Both the position numbers and the translations under genes were made by a program. Source: a virus (Duplodnaviria > Caudoviricetes). Taken from it: a DNA stretch of 56,368 nucleotides. The notes beneath the pieces were generated by a model. The model ran no database searches and was not told where the DNA came from. It saw only the letters and a program-made list of their open reading frames with translations. Shown here piece after piece: positions 26,691 to 37,500 of the stretch (within the stretch, counting starts at the first letter, position 1; each line of letters starts with the position of its first letter). The stretch is taken from IMG/VR virus record IMGVR_UViG_3300017912_000240, positions 1 to 56,368 of that record. The stretch is one strand, 5' to 3'.

Positions 26691-27158
26691 ATGGAACCTA
26701 TATCAACTACACTGGCAGGCATAGCCCTAGTCCAGAAATCTGTAGAGTTTATTAAGTCTAATATTAACACGGCTAATGATATCAAGGATATTATAGGTGC
26801 TGTTGATGGCATGTTTGCTGGTGAACAACAGATACAGCAAAAAAGATTTGGCAGTAAGTCTATTATAGGGCAAACAAAAGATGTTGCGTCTTCTGTTATT
26901 GATGCTAAACTAGCTCAAGAACAAATGTACGAAATGAAAAAACTAATTAACTATAGGTTTGGGCATGGCACATGGGAGCAGATAGTAGCAGAAAGAGCAA
27001 GGCGTATACGAGAAGAAAAGGAAGCTATAGCTGAACAGAAACGCATAGCAAGAAGAAAACAAAAAGAGTTTGAAGAGATGTTGTTTGTTGGAGGCTCAAT
27101 TTTTGTCGGTGTAATTATATTTTTTGGCGTTGCTTTTGGAATATTTACAATAGGTTAA
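26691..27158 (+). CDS. Hypothetical protein with C-terminal TM segment
   Basis: Coiled region followed by a hydrophobic tail. Confidence 0.65.
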   Translation: MEPISTTLAGIALVQKSVEFIKSNINTANDIKDIIGAVDGMFAGEQQIQQKRFGSKSIIGQTKDVASSVIDAKLAQEQMYEMKKLINYRFGHGTWEQIVAERARRIREEKEAIAEQKRIARRKQKEFEEMLFVGGSIFVGVIIFFGVAFGIFTIG

Positions 27159-27197
27159 TAGTTGTTTATTTCATGGTTATAGGTTAAAATATAGGTT

Positions 27198-27362
27198 ATG
27201 GAAGAAATAGATAAAACTATTGTCGATTTAGGCGCACTTGGCGTTACACTAGGGGCTTTCTTTGAGATGCTTCCTAGCATAACTGCCTTTTTATCTTTAG
27301 TTTGGGTATGTATTCGTATTTATGAAACAGATACAGTAAAAAAATTATTAGGAAAAAACTAA
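27198..27362 (+). CDS. Small membrane protein (54 aa, holin-like); not in ORF track
   Basis: MEEIDKTIVDLGALGVTLGAFFEMLPSITAFLSLVWVCIRIYETDTVKKLLGKN; behind TTGTTT-N17-TAAAAT (27162-27190). Confidence 0.6.
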   Translation: MEEIDKTIVDLGALGVTLGAFFEMLPSITAFLSLVWVCIRIYETDTVKKLLGKN

Positions 27363-27363
27363 C

Positions 27364-28344
27364 ATGTCATCAACATACACAGGAAGCCTTGGGCTAGAAA
27401 AACAAGCAGACGGTGAAAATGCTAACACATGGGGGCTAAGATTAAATCAGAGTGTTATTGATTTGGTTGACGAAGCTGTTGCTGGATATGCCTCTGTAGC
27501 CTTAACATCAGGAACACAAACTGACCTTACAGTTTCGGACGGTTCAAGTGATGTAGGAAGACATGCATCCTTAGAATTTACAGGAGATATAGCTGCAACT
27601 GTTACGGTTACTATTCCTGCACAACAAAAAACATATTCTGTTATTAATTCAGTTACAAATGGTGGGGATATTTTAATAAGAAATACAGGTGCAGCAGCCA
27701 ATACAGGTCAAACTATTAAATCTGGTGAAGCAACTCTTATTACTACAAATGGAACCTTAGTTAAAAAAGTAGGTGGCGAAGAGTTTGATTCTGGAACTCG
27801 AATGGCCTTTGCTCAAAATGCTGCACCTACAGGATGGACTGTTGAAACTTGTGCAACATATGATGGGGCAGCCTTGCGAATTGTAAATGCTGCAACAAGC
27901 GGCGCACAGGTAGGCGGGACAAATGAATTTACCAGTGTATTTAATTCAGGTATTACTGTTACTGTTGCTGATGGTGCTACAAATGCAGCAACGCTAACTG
28001 GCAGTACATCTGCAATAGCTCTAACTACTGCTCAAATGCCTGCACACAGACACTTTATAGCTGCTAATATAACCAATAACAGTTCAACCTTGTTATCATC
28101 ATCTAATCAGGCAAAGGTTGGAGGCCACACAGAGCTACCGTCTAACAACAATGAAGACTATCATTTGGGCGGTGTAACTAATGATGCAACCATAGGCCGC
28201 ACTTCTCAACAGGGTAGTGGTTCAGGCCACAGTCACAGTCTTGTAGGAAAAGGCTCCCACCATCACACAGCAGTAAGTATTGCCGATAGTTCTTTTAACT
28301 TAGATGTTAAATATGTGAACTTTATTGTTTGTACAAAGGATTAA
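27364..28344 (+). CDS. Short tail fibre / tail protein with collar-like domain
   Basis: MSSTY...GENANTWG start; AAPTGWT; LTTAQMPAHxH and HxH repeats. Confidence 0.7.
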   Translation: MSSTYTGSLGLEKQADGENANTWGLRLNQSVIDLVDEAVAGYASVALTSGTQTDLTVSDGSSDVGRHASLEFTGDIAATVTVTIPAQQKTYSVINSVTNGGDILIRNTGAAANTGQTIKSGEATLITTNGTLVKKVGGEEFDSGTRMAFAQNAAPTGWTVETCATYDGAALRIVNAATSGAQVGGTNEFTSVFNSGITVTVADGATNAATLTGSTSAIALTTAQMPAHRHFIAANITNNSSTLLSSSNQAKVGGHTELPSNNNEDYHLGGVTNDATIGRTSQQGSGSGHSHSLVGKGSHHHTAVSIADSSFNLDVKYVNFIVCTKD

Positions 28345-28347
28345 TGA

Positions 28348-28638
28348 ATGGAATTAAATGTTAAGAACGGATGTCCGTTACATAACTTTGAACCGTGTAA
28401 ACAATTAGACTGCGCTTGGTTTACAAAGCTTGCAGGTAAAAATCCCCAAGGGGGTAAAGAAGTTGAAGAATGGGGTTGTGCAGTAACTATGATGCCCCTT
28501 CTTTTAGTTGCTCAAACAAACGCTGCTAGAGGAACTCAAGGGGCTGTTGAGTCATTTAGAAATAAAATGATTACACAGCAAGACGAGTTATTACAACTTG
28601 CAAAGCAAGGCGATATAGAAACAAAACTTATTGAATAG
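28348..28638 (+). CDS. Cys-rich hypothetical protein
   Basis: CPL...C...CAWF...WGCAV...AVESFRN. Confidence 0.65.
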   Translation: MELNVKNGCPLHNFEPCKQLDCAWFTKLAGKNPQGGKEVEEWGCAVTMMPLLLVAQTNAARGTQGAVESFRNKMITQQDELLQLAKQGDIETKLIE

Positions 28639-28640
28639 AA

Positions 28641-30494
28641 ATGTCCTCAACAGATTCACAATTAGTACCATTAAATTTTTTACCAGGTTTTCACAGAGAG
28701 TCTACTGAATACTCTGAGGAAGGTAAATGGTTTGATGGTAATCGTATTCGTTTTCGTGAAGGTAAACCTGAAAATATTAGAGGATATGAACGCTTTACTG
28801 ATGACGATATTAATGGTTTTGTTAGAGAAGCAATTACTTGGACAGACAATCAGTCAAGACCCTATATTAGTTTAGGAACAAACCGACAACTTTATATCTA
28901 TCAAAATGAAACACAGTTTGATGCAACACCTATTGTTACAACTGTGTCAGTTAGTGGAAACTTTGAAACTTTTACAGATAGTAAGCTGGTTGAGGTAAGT
29001 CTTAACAATCACAATGTTAGTGTTACAGATAGAGTTTTGTTTCAGGGTGTAGGAACTCTTGGTGGAAATATAGGAATTAATGGAACTACTACTGTTGTTA
29101 GTGTTTCTGACCTAAATCATTTCTTTATTCAAACTTCTGTAACTGCTAATAGTGCAAGCGAAAATCAGGGAAGCACTGGCTCTATAAATATTCTTTTACA
29201 AACAGAAGAGTCTGATGCTATCCAAGGACTTGGCTATGGTGCAGGTGTTTATAATGCAGGAGTAACTGTGGCAGGAGAAAGGGCTTGGAACAGTCCTGCA
29301 TCTGCTTCAGGTATTACTTTCCTACCTTCAATGTGGTCTCTTGATACATGGGGTGAAGACCTTTTAGCTCAACGCCGTGGTGGTCAAATATACTTTGCTG
29401 ACATTGACGCATCTGTTGTGCCTACAAGAGCAACACTTGTAACTACTTCACCGACTGCTACCACTTTTGTTGTGTCTCCAAACGATAGGCACGTTATTTG
29501 TTATGGGGCTAGAGAGTTTGCAGTTACGGTTGGTGAGGGAACTAATCCAATGTTGGTTCGCTGGTCAGACCAGGAAGACTTTAATAACTGGACACCAAGT
29601 GCAACTACTACTTCAGGTGAGGTTGTTCTGGCTGAAGGCACTCGTATTATCGGTGCTATTCGTTCACGTAATGCAATTAATATTTGGACAGACAGATCCT
29701 TATATACACAAGCTTTTGTTGGACCGCCCTTTATATTTAACTTTACACAGGTGGGTTCTAACTGTGGTCTGATTGGACCACATGCAGCTGTTGATTATGA
29801 TGGTGTGTCCTTTTGGATGGGGGACAATAATTTCTATGCCTTTGATGGTCGTGTACAAACATTGCCTTGCACTATTCGCCGCAAGCTATTTGATGATTTT
29901 AATAACACTAACAAAGAAAAAGTATATGCAGGTATCAACTCTGAATTTAAAGAAATAATCTGGCTCTATCCTTTGGCTAATAGTTCAGAGCCAAATGCCT
30001 ATGTTATTTATAATGTAGAAGAAAGAACATGGGTATTTGGTAAGTTATTTGCAGACGGTATTGTTACAACATTTAATGACAGGGTTGTGTATCCTAATAC
30101 ACTAACTACAGGTAAAGTTTCTGCAACGGCAGACATGTATATTTATAATAATGAGCCAGAAGGAATTTACACAGGAGAAGGAACAGCACTAACTTCATTT
30201 GTTGAGTCTGGTTCTTTTGACTTACAAGAAGGTCAGGATGTAATGTTTGTAGACAGGATTATTCCTGACTATAAGTTTACACCTGGTGAAGAAATATCTA
30301 TTACTCTACAACTAAAAGAATATCCTAGTAGTGAGGCTAAAGTAAAAGGACCATTTACAATTAGTCAGAACACTACAAAAGTAGACTTACGAGCAAGGGC
30401 AAGGCAGGCAACATTAAAAGTATCAGCGACAAATACAGGGTCGTGGCGTTGGGGTAAAGTAAGAATGTCAATGCAGCCAGATGGGAAAAGATAA
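28641..30494 (+). CDS. Tail nozzle / stabilization protein (P22 gp10-like)
   Basis: Beta-propeller-like; VRWSDQE, NCGLIG and EIIWLYP motifs; ends PDGKR. Confidence 0.75.
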   Translation: MSSTDSQLVPLNFLPGFHRESTEYSEEGKWFDGNRIRFREGKPENIRGYERFTDDDINGFVREAITWTDNQSRPYISLGTNRQLYIYQNETQFDATPIVTTVSVSGNFETFTDSKLVEVSLNNHNVSVTDRVLFQGVGTLGGNIGINGTTTVVSVSDLNHFFIQTSVTANSASENQGSTGSINILLQTEESDAIQGLGYGAGVYNAGVTVAGERAWNSPASASGITFLPSMWSLDTWGEDLLAQRRGGQIYFADIDASVVPTRATLVTTSPTATTFVVSPNDRHVICYGAREFAVTVGEGTNPMLVRWSDQEDFNNWTPSATTTSGEVVLAEGTRIIGAIRSRNAINIWTDRSLYTQAFVGPPFIFNFTQVGSNCGLIGPHAAVDYDGVSFWMGDNNFYAFDGRVQTLPCTIRRKLFDDFNNTNKEKVYAGINSEFKEIIWLYPLANSSEPNAYVIYNVEERTWVFGKLFADGIVTTFNDRVVYPNTLTTGKVSATADMYIYNNEPEGIYTGEGTALTSFVESGSFDLQEGQDVMFVDRIIPDYKFTPGEEISITLQLKEYPSSEAKVKGPFTISQNTTKVDLRARARQATLKVSATNTGSWRWGKVRMSMQPDGKR

Positions 30495-30763
30495 TGGCTA
30501 CCTATCCGAAACTACCCTTATATATGTTGCCTAAAAGTATAGATGATTTATTTAGAGTATTGTCTACATATACTAATGAGCTTACACGGGAACTAGACTT
30601 AGAGGACCAGAAACAAATTAATGCTCCTGCAACCAAAGTATTTACTGTAGCAACAATTACATCTATTGGTAGGCCACGGGCAGGAGATGTAGCCTTTTCC
30701 ACAAGTAGTGGTAAGTTTAGGGGCTATGTAACGACTGCTGCAGGGTGGTCTGATTTCAACTAG
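30494..30763 (+). CDS. Small tail-associated protein
   Basis: Coupled to the nozzle gene. Confidence 0.55.
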   Translation: MATYPKLPLYMLPKSIDDLFRVLSTYTNELTRELDLEDQKQINAPATKVFTVATITSIGRPRAGDVAFSTSSGKFRGYVTTAAGWSDFN

Positions 30764-30766
30764 GTC

Positions 30767-30795
30767 TGGTATATTTACAACAAATATAGTATAAT
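30767..30795 (+). promoter_or_regulatory. Promoter TGGTAT-N17-TATAAT
   Basis: Intergenic, upstream of the ejection-protein genes. Confidence 0.55.
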
Positions 30796-30818
30796 ATAAA
30801 AAACTAACGAGGAACACT

Positions 30819-32075
30819 ATGGCTTACGGACAAAACATGAAAGCACCAAACGCAGGCATCGCCTCACTTATGGCAATGCGAGGTCGTAGAGGAGACAACA
30901 CACTAGTGCATGTCAATCCTATGGAGCTTAAGGCACTAAATGCAATGGCTCCAGGTGGGTTATCACAGAACCCTGCAACAGGATTGCCCGAAGCATTTAA
31001 ACTAAAAGATATTCTTCCTGCTCTTGGTGCAGTAGCAGGTTCAGTTTTTCTTGGTCCGTTAATTGGAGCAGGTGCTTTAGCTGGTGGTCTAGGGACTGGT
31101 TTAGGTGCAGCAGCAGGTGCAGCAGCCGCAGGTTACAATAGAGAAGAAATTCTAGGAACTGGTTTAATGTCTGGTTTAACTGCAGGTCTTGTAGGTGGTG
31201 CAGGTACAGCAGGAAAAGAAGCAGCGCAAGAAGCTATAAAAGAAGGTGCTACACAGGGGGCAAAAACTTTAGCAGAGCAATCAGCACAACAGGGATTTAG
31301 AGAACAGCTTGCAACAAGGGTATTGCCTAAGTCAGCATTAGAGGGAATAACTAATGTAGGTGTTGATACACTGGGTAAAAGTGCATTTCAAAATGTAGCT
31401 GCTCAAAAAGCTGCGACTGCTGGATTAGAAGCTGCAGGAGGAACATTACTAAAACAGGCTGGTGCTGGTGGACTTTCTGCTTTAGCTACAAGTCCTGCAT
31501 TTATGGAGTCTCCAAAACCTGTAACAGGAGCAAGACCAATTCAAAGTGTTAGAACAGAGCAACGTCCTACAGCATCTCGTGAAGAGATTGATAGATATAT
31601 TAGACAGGGCGGTGTAATGCCTACCTTCTTTGAGCCAAATCCATATGTTGTTCAGGAAGGTATTTATAGAGAAGAAGGCGGCGCAGTACAAACACAAACT
31701 GCCGATGGGAATACTGTTAAGGGGGATTCCTACGTAATGGATGCTTTTGATGTAGCTGCTATAGGAAATGGAAATACTATGGCAGGAGCAGACATAATTA
31801 TGAAAGCTCTAGGAAAAAGCAATGATGATTCTTTTTCAGGTTTAGTTGTAACAGATAATAGTGGCGTTGCAGATGATGTGTCTTTTAATGTTAAAGATGG
31901 GGGAGACATAACAAAAGCAATGATTAGCGGTGGTGAAGTTGTTTTAGCTCCAGACCAAGTTGAAAGAGCAGGTGGAGTAGAAAACATTGATAAGTTTAGA
32001 GAAGAATTAACACAGAGAGTATATAAGGGAGAGCCTTCTAAAGTAGATAGTAGATTTTTACAGAAACTAGCATAG
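30819..32075 (+). CDS. Internal virion / DNA ejection protein
   Basis: GRxGDxxLVHVN...NPATGLPEAF; Gly/Ala-rich hydrophobic segment. Confidence 0.65.
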   Translation: MAYGQNMKAPNAGIASLMAMRGRRGDNTLVHVNPMELKALNAMAPGGLSQNPATGLPEAFKLKDILPALGAVAGSVFLGPLIGAGALAGGLGTGLGAAAGAAAAGYNREEILGTGLMSGLTAGLVGGAGTAGKEAAQEAIKEGATQGAKTLAEQSAQQGFREQLATRVLPKSALEGITNVGVDTLGKSAFQNVAAQKAATAGLEAAGGTLLKQAGAGGLSALATSPAFMESPKPVTGARPIQSVRTEQRPTASREEIDRYIRQGGVMPTFFEPNPYVVQEGIYREEGGAVQTQTADGNTVKGDSYVMDAFDVAAIGNGNTMAGADIIMKALGKSNDDSFSGLVVTDNSGVADDVSFNVKDGGDITKAMISGGEVVLAPDQVERAGGVENIDKFREELTQRVYKGEPSKVDSRFLQKLA

Positions 32076-32078
32076 GCA

Positions 32079-32495
32079 ATGTCTAAAGAATATCATCAAG
32101 TACATCCGATGGATGTAAGTACTCACTGGAGTTTATTTGGTCATCTTATAGAAAAAGCAATGACCAAAACACAACAAACAGATTATACCATAGAAGGTGT
32201 ACGTGATAGATTAATATTTAATCAGTGGCAACTGTTTGTAATATTGAAAGATGGAGAGCTTGAGTCTATTATTGTAACATGTATTATTCCATTTGACCTT
32301 TGTAATTATTTAAATCCTGTATTTATTGCTAGTAATACAAAGAAAGTAGATTTAAATTATATGCAAAAATGTTTAGAAGAAATTGCAGTTAAATTTAATT
32401 GTAGTAAAATAATGGGTGGCGGTAGAACAGGCTGGAAAAAAGTATTAAGTAAATTAGGATACAAAGATTTAAATCTTGTGGTAAAAGAACTATGA
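32079..32495 (+). CDS. GNAT-like protein among the internal virion genes
   Basis: C-terminal GRTGWKKVL.KLGY; synteny. Confidence 0.45.
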   Translation: MSKEYHQVHPMDVSTHWSLFGHLIEKAMTKTQQTDYTIEGVRDRLIFNQWQLFVILKDGELESIIVTCIIPFDLCNYLNPVFIASNTKKVDLNYMQKCLEEIAVKFNCSKIMGGGRTGWKKVLSKLGYKDLNLVVKEL

Positions 32496-34588
32496 TTAAA
32501 ACACATGACTTTCAAGACCTAATGGGTGTTTCTATTGAGACAGAAGATAAGTGGCTCAATAAAAAACTTAATTCACACATTTGTTATGGTAAGGGCGGCG
32601 GCAGAAGCCAGCAGCAAGACGTGCCGCCTACACTTCAACCCTACATTGTTGAAATACTTGACCGTGCAAGTGATTTATATAGTTTAGATAAACAATATAT
32701 ACCATATGAAGGTGAAAGACTTGTAGGGTTTACTCCTGAAGAATTGGCTGCACAAGAAGCAATCAAAGGCCAAGTAGGGATGGGCATTCTTGGAGATGAA
32801 ACTCTAGGTGCTGCCTCTACATATTATGACCCTGCACTAGACCTGCTTGGTTTATCAGGTCAGCTTAGTGAGCAAGCAGTATCTGAAATTACTGCAGAAG
32901 AAATCGCAGGCCGTATGTCTCCATTCCAACAGGCTGTTACAGACATTGCTAAACGTGAAGCAGCAAAGGAAGCAGATATTTATGACCAAAGATTAAAGGC
33001 ACAGGCCGCAGGTACAGGTGGCTTTGGTGGCTCTAGACAAGCAATTCTTGAGGCACAGGCAGCTGCAGACCTTGGTGCAAGACTTTCTGACATTCAAACA
33101 AAAGGCTCTCAGGCCGCTTATCAAGATGCTGTACGTGCAGCCGAAGCACAACGTGCAAGACAGGCGGCAGGAGCGCAGGCGGCAGGGGGGCTATCGCAGC
33201 TATATGGTGGCTTGGGTCAACAGGCTCTGGGTCAGGCGTATCGTGAAGCAGGTTATCTGTCAGGTGTTGGTGAAGCCCAACGTGGCATGGAACAGCAAAG
33301 AGCAGACCTTGCCTATCAAGAGTTTATGAGACAGCAACAATTCCCTACTCAACAATTGCAGCAATTCTCTTCACTTGTTCAAGGGTTCCCGTTTAGCTTT
33401 GGTAATTACGGACAACAGGTTCCTTCACCATTCCAGCAAACAGTAGGTACTGGACTAGCTGCATATGGTCTAGGCCGTAATCTTGGTTTCTTTAATCAGG
33501 GTGGTGGTATATCTAGTGTAGTTAATAGACAGTCGGGTAGCTCAATAACTCCTCAACAATTACAAGACAGAGCTAATCAATTAGGTATATCTGTTGAAGA
33601 ATTAGAAAAACTTTTAAAAGAAACAAGAGAAAAAAAAGGAGGGCCAGGAATTTTAGGTTCATTTCCAAGAAGGGTTGTTAATGACCCAGTAGGAGTAGCA
33701 AAAGATTATGGTCGAGCTTTGCGTGATGACCCGTTACAAACAATTGGTATAACAGCTTTAACAGCCGCTGGTCTTAGTCCTGCTGGTAGATTTTTAAGAG
33801 GAGCTGCCTCTCTTACTGGGCGAGGAGTTAGTAAGTTGCCAGCTTCAGGTAAATTGGGAGTTGGCGGGGCTGGTCTTTTGGGAGCAGACTTTATAGCAGA
33901 TGCTTTTTTTGACGATGCTGAAGCAAAAGAAACAAAAGACGATGAAGCAAAAGAAACAAAGAAGACTGCATCTGGTAAGGGTGCAGAAAAAGCAGAAAAA
34001 GCTGAAATACCTAGCTATCTTTCAACCTATAATGATTCTCTAAAACTTCTTAAACAAAGACAAGAGGACATTGCAGGACGTAGGGAAGAGGGCAAGGCAG
34101 CAGTTGAGGAAGCCTTTAACCTTCAGCTTATATCTTTGGGAACACTAATAGCTACAACACCAAAAGATAAACTGTATGAAAAACTTCCTAAAGAAATTAC
34201 AAAATTCACCAAGAAAAAAGACCTTGTTGAGTTGCAAGATAAGTATGACAAACAAGAACTAACAAACCTTCTGGCACAGGCTTCTTTGAATGAATCATTG
34301 TCTAAGATAATATCTGAGGTTGGTGGGTCAAAACTTCCTCAAACTGCTACTACTGAAGCAATAAGACTAGTTGATGCTAAACTTGGACAAGGCGCAAGCA
34401 GCACACCACAAGGTCAACAGGCTCTTAGTGCAGTTATGACAGCATACAGTCAATTACCTACACAACTACAGGATGACTCTGACGCAAGATTTTTTGCGGG
34501 GTCTAATGCAATTGACAATATTTTAGGCCAAAAAGATAAAAAACAATCTGCAGATACAGTTCAATATTCAGGAACTATAACACCGTAG
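32492..34588 (+). CDS. Internal virion / DNA transfer protein
   Basis: MSPFQQAV...GGFGGSRQAI; Q/A/G-rich. Confidence 0.65.
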   Translation: MIKTHDFQDLMGVSIETEDKWLNKKLNSHICYGKGGGRSQQQDVPPTLQPYIVEILDRASDLYSLDKQYIPYEGERLVGFTPEELAAQEAIKGQVGMGILGDETLGAASTYYDPALDLLGLSGQLSEQAVSEITAEEIAGRMSPFQQAVTDIAKREAAKEADIYDQRLKAQAAGTGGFGGSRQAILEAQAAADLGARLSDIQTKGSQAAYQDAVRAAEAQRARQAAGAQAAGGLSQLYGGLGQQALGQAYREAGYLSGVGEAQRGMEQQRADLAYQEFMRQQQFPTQQLQQFSSLVQGFPFSFGNYGQQVPSPFQQTVGTGLAAYGLGRNLGFFNQGGGISSVVNRQSGSSITPQQLQDRANQLGISVEELEKLLKETREKKGGPGILGSFPRRVVNDPVGVAKDYGRALRDDPLQTIGITALTAAGLSPAGRFLRGAASLTGRGVSKLPASGKLGVGGAGLLGADFIADAFFDDAEAKETKDDEAKETKKTASGKGAEKAEKAEIPSYLSTYNDSLKLLKQRQEDIAGRREEGKAAVEEAFNLQLISLGTLIATTPKDKLYEKLPKEITKFTKKKDLVELQDKYDKQELTNLLAQASLNESLSKIISEVGGSKLPQTATTEAIRLVDAKLGQGASSTPQGQQALSAVMTAYSQLPTQLQDDSDARFFAGSNAIDNILGQKDKKQSADTVQYSGTITP

Positions 34589-34599
34589 AGTAGTAATAA

Positions 34600-37500
34600 A
34601 TGTCCTTAAGCGCATACTCAAGAGATTTTCAAAATACTCTAAGAGAACTACAGGAGAAGGGAGTTACATCCCTGTCTTCTCCTGAAGGCCAAGAGGTATT
34701 AAATAAAGTAGGCATAACATCTGAAGATTTTTTAAGTGCTAGAGATAGATATGTCGAAGCAGCTGAAAGAGGTGAAACAGACTTTCGGGGCTTAGAAGAG
34801 TTGGGTGATGTTGGTGCGCCATTGAGAGTATTAGGCCGTGCCGTTGGAGATGCAGCATCAGGAATTATTGAAAGCAGCGCAGAAATATTAGAGGAAGTAG
34901 GAGGAGAAGATATTGTTAATTCTATATCCTCTGCTGCAGACACTCTTGGTGAAGCCCTTCCTGAGTCTGTAAAATTATATGCAGATGAAATCTTTGACCC
35001 ATATCACGGTGAAGGACTACTGGGTACTGTTGAAGATTTTTCAGGAACAATCGGGTCTTACATAATTCCTGGAAAAGCCATAATTAAGGGTACAAATCTA
35101 GCCTTAAGAACAGGACGAGCAACTCCAGGTGTCCGTGCCTTGGTTGATGACGGTCTTGAGCAAGTTGAAAATAATAAAAGAATAAAAGGTTTCTTTGATA
35201 TGGGAGCAAAGGGTGCTGCATATTCTGCTGGTGCTGCCTTGATTGAAGAACCTGAAGACAATCTTGTAAATATATTAATTGAACAGTTTCCTGAAGCAGA
35301 ACAATATTTAGGTAGAATAGCAGTAGACCCCGATGACTCAGAGGCAGAGCAACTATTAAAGGCATTTATAGCTAATGCTGGATTTGGTGCAGCTTTGGCT
35401 CCTATTTCTGCTGGTGCTATCTATGGGGCAAAGTACGGAATAGACGGGGCAGGGAAAGTTATCAGTAAACTACCCCCTATACCAGAATTTTCTGTTAATG
35501 TTCCTGTTTTAGGTGAAGTTACAAAAGATTTTTTTAAGATTAACTTTTCTTCCTTAAGAGGACTAAGTAGAGAAAGTCGTGATGCCCTTTTAAAAAGAGA
35601 AAATGCAGGTGTTGCAGGTGTTGCAAAAGCTCTGCCTTTGTCTGAACAGCTTGACGAGGTTTTGGCTGATGAGTATGCCGAAGGTATTATTACTATTAAT
35701 AAGAAAAATTATGATATTAGAGAAGCTGCATATAATGCTCTTACTGGTAAAGAAGGATTTAGTATAAACAATTTTAGTACAGACACTAAGGAAGTTCTTC
35801 AGAAAATGCGGAACAATATAGATGCTGAAACTAAGAAATCATTTGCTGTAAATCCTGACGGCGTAGAAGAATTTATATTTGCCAAAGACGTATCTCGACC
35901 CTCTGCAGGAATACGTGGAGAGACTGCTGTAAAATTTAATAAAAATTTAGATTCATATGTAACACAGTCATACAAATTTTTTGATAATCCTAAATTTAGA
36001 AAACAAAGACAACAGGAATTGCAGAAGTATGTCAATGAAGGTATTGACACATCTGAAGGAAAAGTTTTTGAAAGAGCCGTTAGGTCTCTTCTAAAAGAGG
36101 GAGAGATTACAGATTCAGGAGAGGCACGTAGATTCTTGCAAGAGCTTATTGATGCTAATCCTACGGGAGATGTGACAAAAGATTTGTTAACTATGGCTAA
36201 CAAGTTTTCTACAGTTAAGGTTGGTGGAGAAAAGAAACTTAAGAGTCAGGCATTTAAAGATTTGCTAGGAGAAGTAAAAGACCCATCTAAAAGTTATCAG
36301 ATAACTATGGGTAAGCTTGCAGAACTAAATGCAGAAAAAGAACTTATGAACACTATTGCTCAAGACGTAATAAACAGTGGTGCAAAAGTTTTTCCTACAT
36401 CACCAGGAATAGGAGAAAACATAGGTAAAGCAAAAGACTTAGGAGAGATAGCAACTCAAAGAGCAAAGTTGGTATTTGGTCTTGATGACGAGGCAGCCAG
36501 AGAATTTGCAACACCCTTGCAAAATGTTTTTTATGACCAAGCATATTATCTTGCTCTTAAGGATGGTTTAAATTCTGTTCGTCCTGACAGCAATGTAATG
36601 AAAGCCTTTGTTGCTATGAAGGGTTTAAGTCAGACTGCCGCCACAGCCTTAAGTATTCCTACGCATGGTGTTAACATGATGGGCAATCAGATTATGCTTA
36701 TTGCTAATGGTATGTTTGGCGGTAAAGAAACAGGCAAGTCTATAAAGTTTGCAACTCAAAAACTTCTAGAACAAACACCAAAAGAAATGCAAGAAAGATA
36801 TGGGAGATATGTAGAACTAGGTGTAGCTAGTAGTGGTCTAACATCGGGCGTAATCAGAAAAAATTTACAGGCACTAGACATTACAGCACAAAAAAATCCA
36901 GAAAAAATATTTACTGGTTTAAATGATTTTAAAGCGGCTCCTGCTACAACAACATTAAAAGGAGTGCGAAAAGTATTATTTGAAAAACCTCTGGAAGCTT
37001 ATCAACTAGAAGATGATGTATTTAAGATTGCACATTTTGAGAACACAATTACAGACTTAAAAAAATCTCAACAGCTAACAAAAAAATTTAATAACCTTGG
37101 AAAAGAAAGAAATCTTTCAGGCAAAGATTTAGAAAATTTTGTTGAAAAACAATTTGAAGAAGAGGCTGCCAAAAGAACTCGTGACTTAATGCCTAATTAC
37201 AATCTTACTCCAAGATTTGTACAAAACATTAGGTCAGCACCTATAGGTGACTTTGCTGCATTTCCTGCAGAAATGTTACGAGTAACAACAAACTTGGCTA
37301 GATATACGATAGATGATATAACTTCTTCTGACCCAGCTTTACAGGCGATGGGATTTAAAAGACTGGGTGGCTCAACAGCTGTTGCTGTAGCAGGACCAGC
37401 ACTGTCTGCCTATAGTCGTGAAATGCACGGCATAACAAAAGAACAGGCAGAGGCGGCTGAGTTTGCTGTTCCCGACTGGGAATATAAAACAAATAAAATA

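Noticed and set aside
27155-27170. CtrA box (TTAA-N7-TTAA)
   Set aside because: It is a single imperfect match in AT-rich sequence, which is expected by chance.
33916-33963. Short tandem duplication (EAKETK twice)
   Set aside because: It is an in-frame low-complexity linker duplication with no wider pattern.
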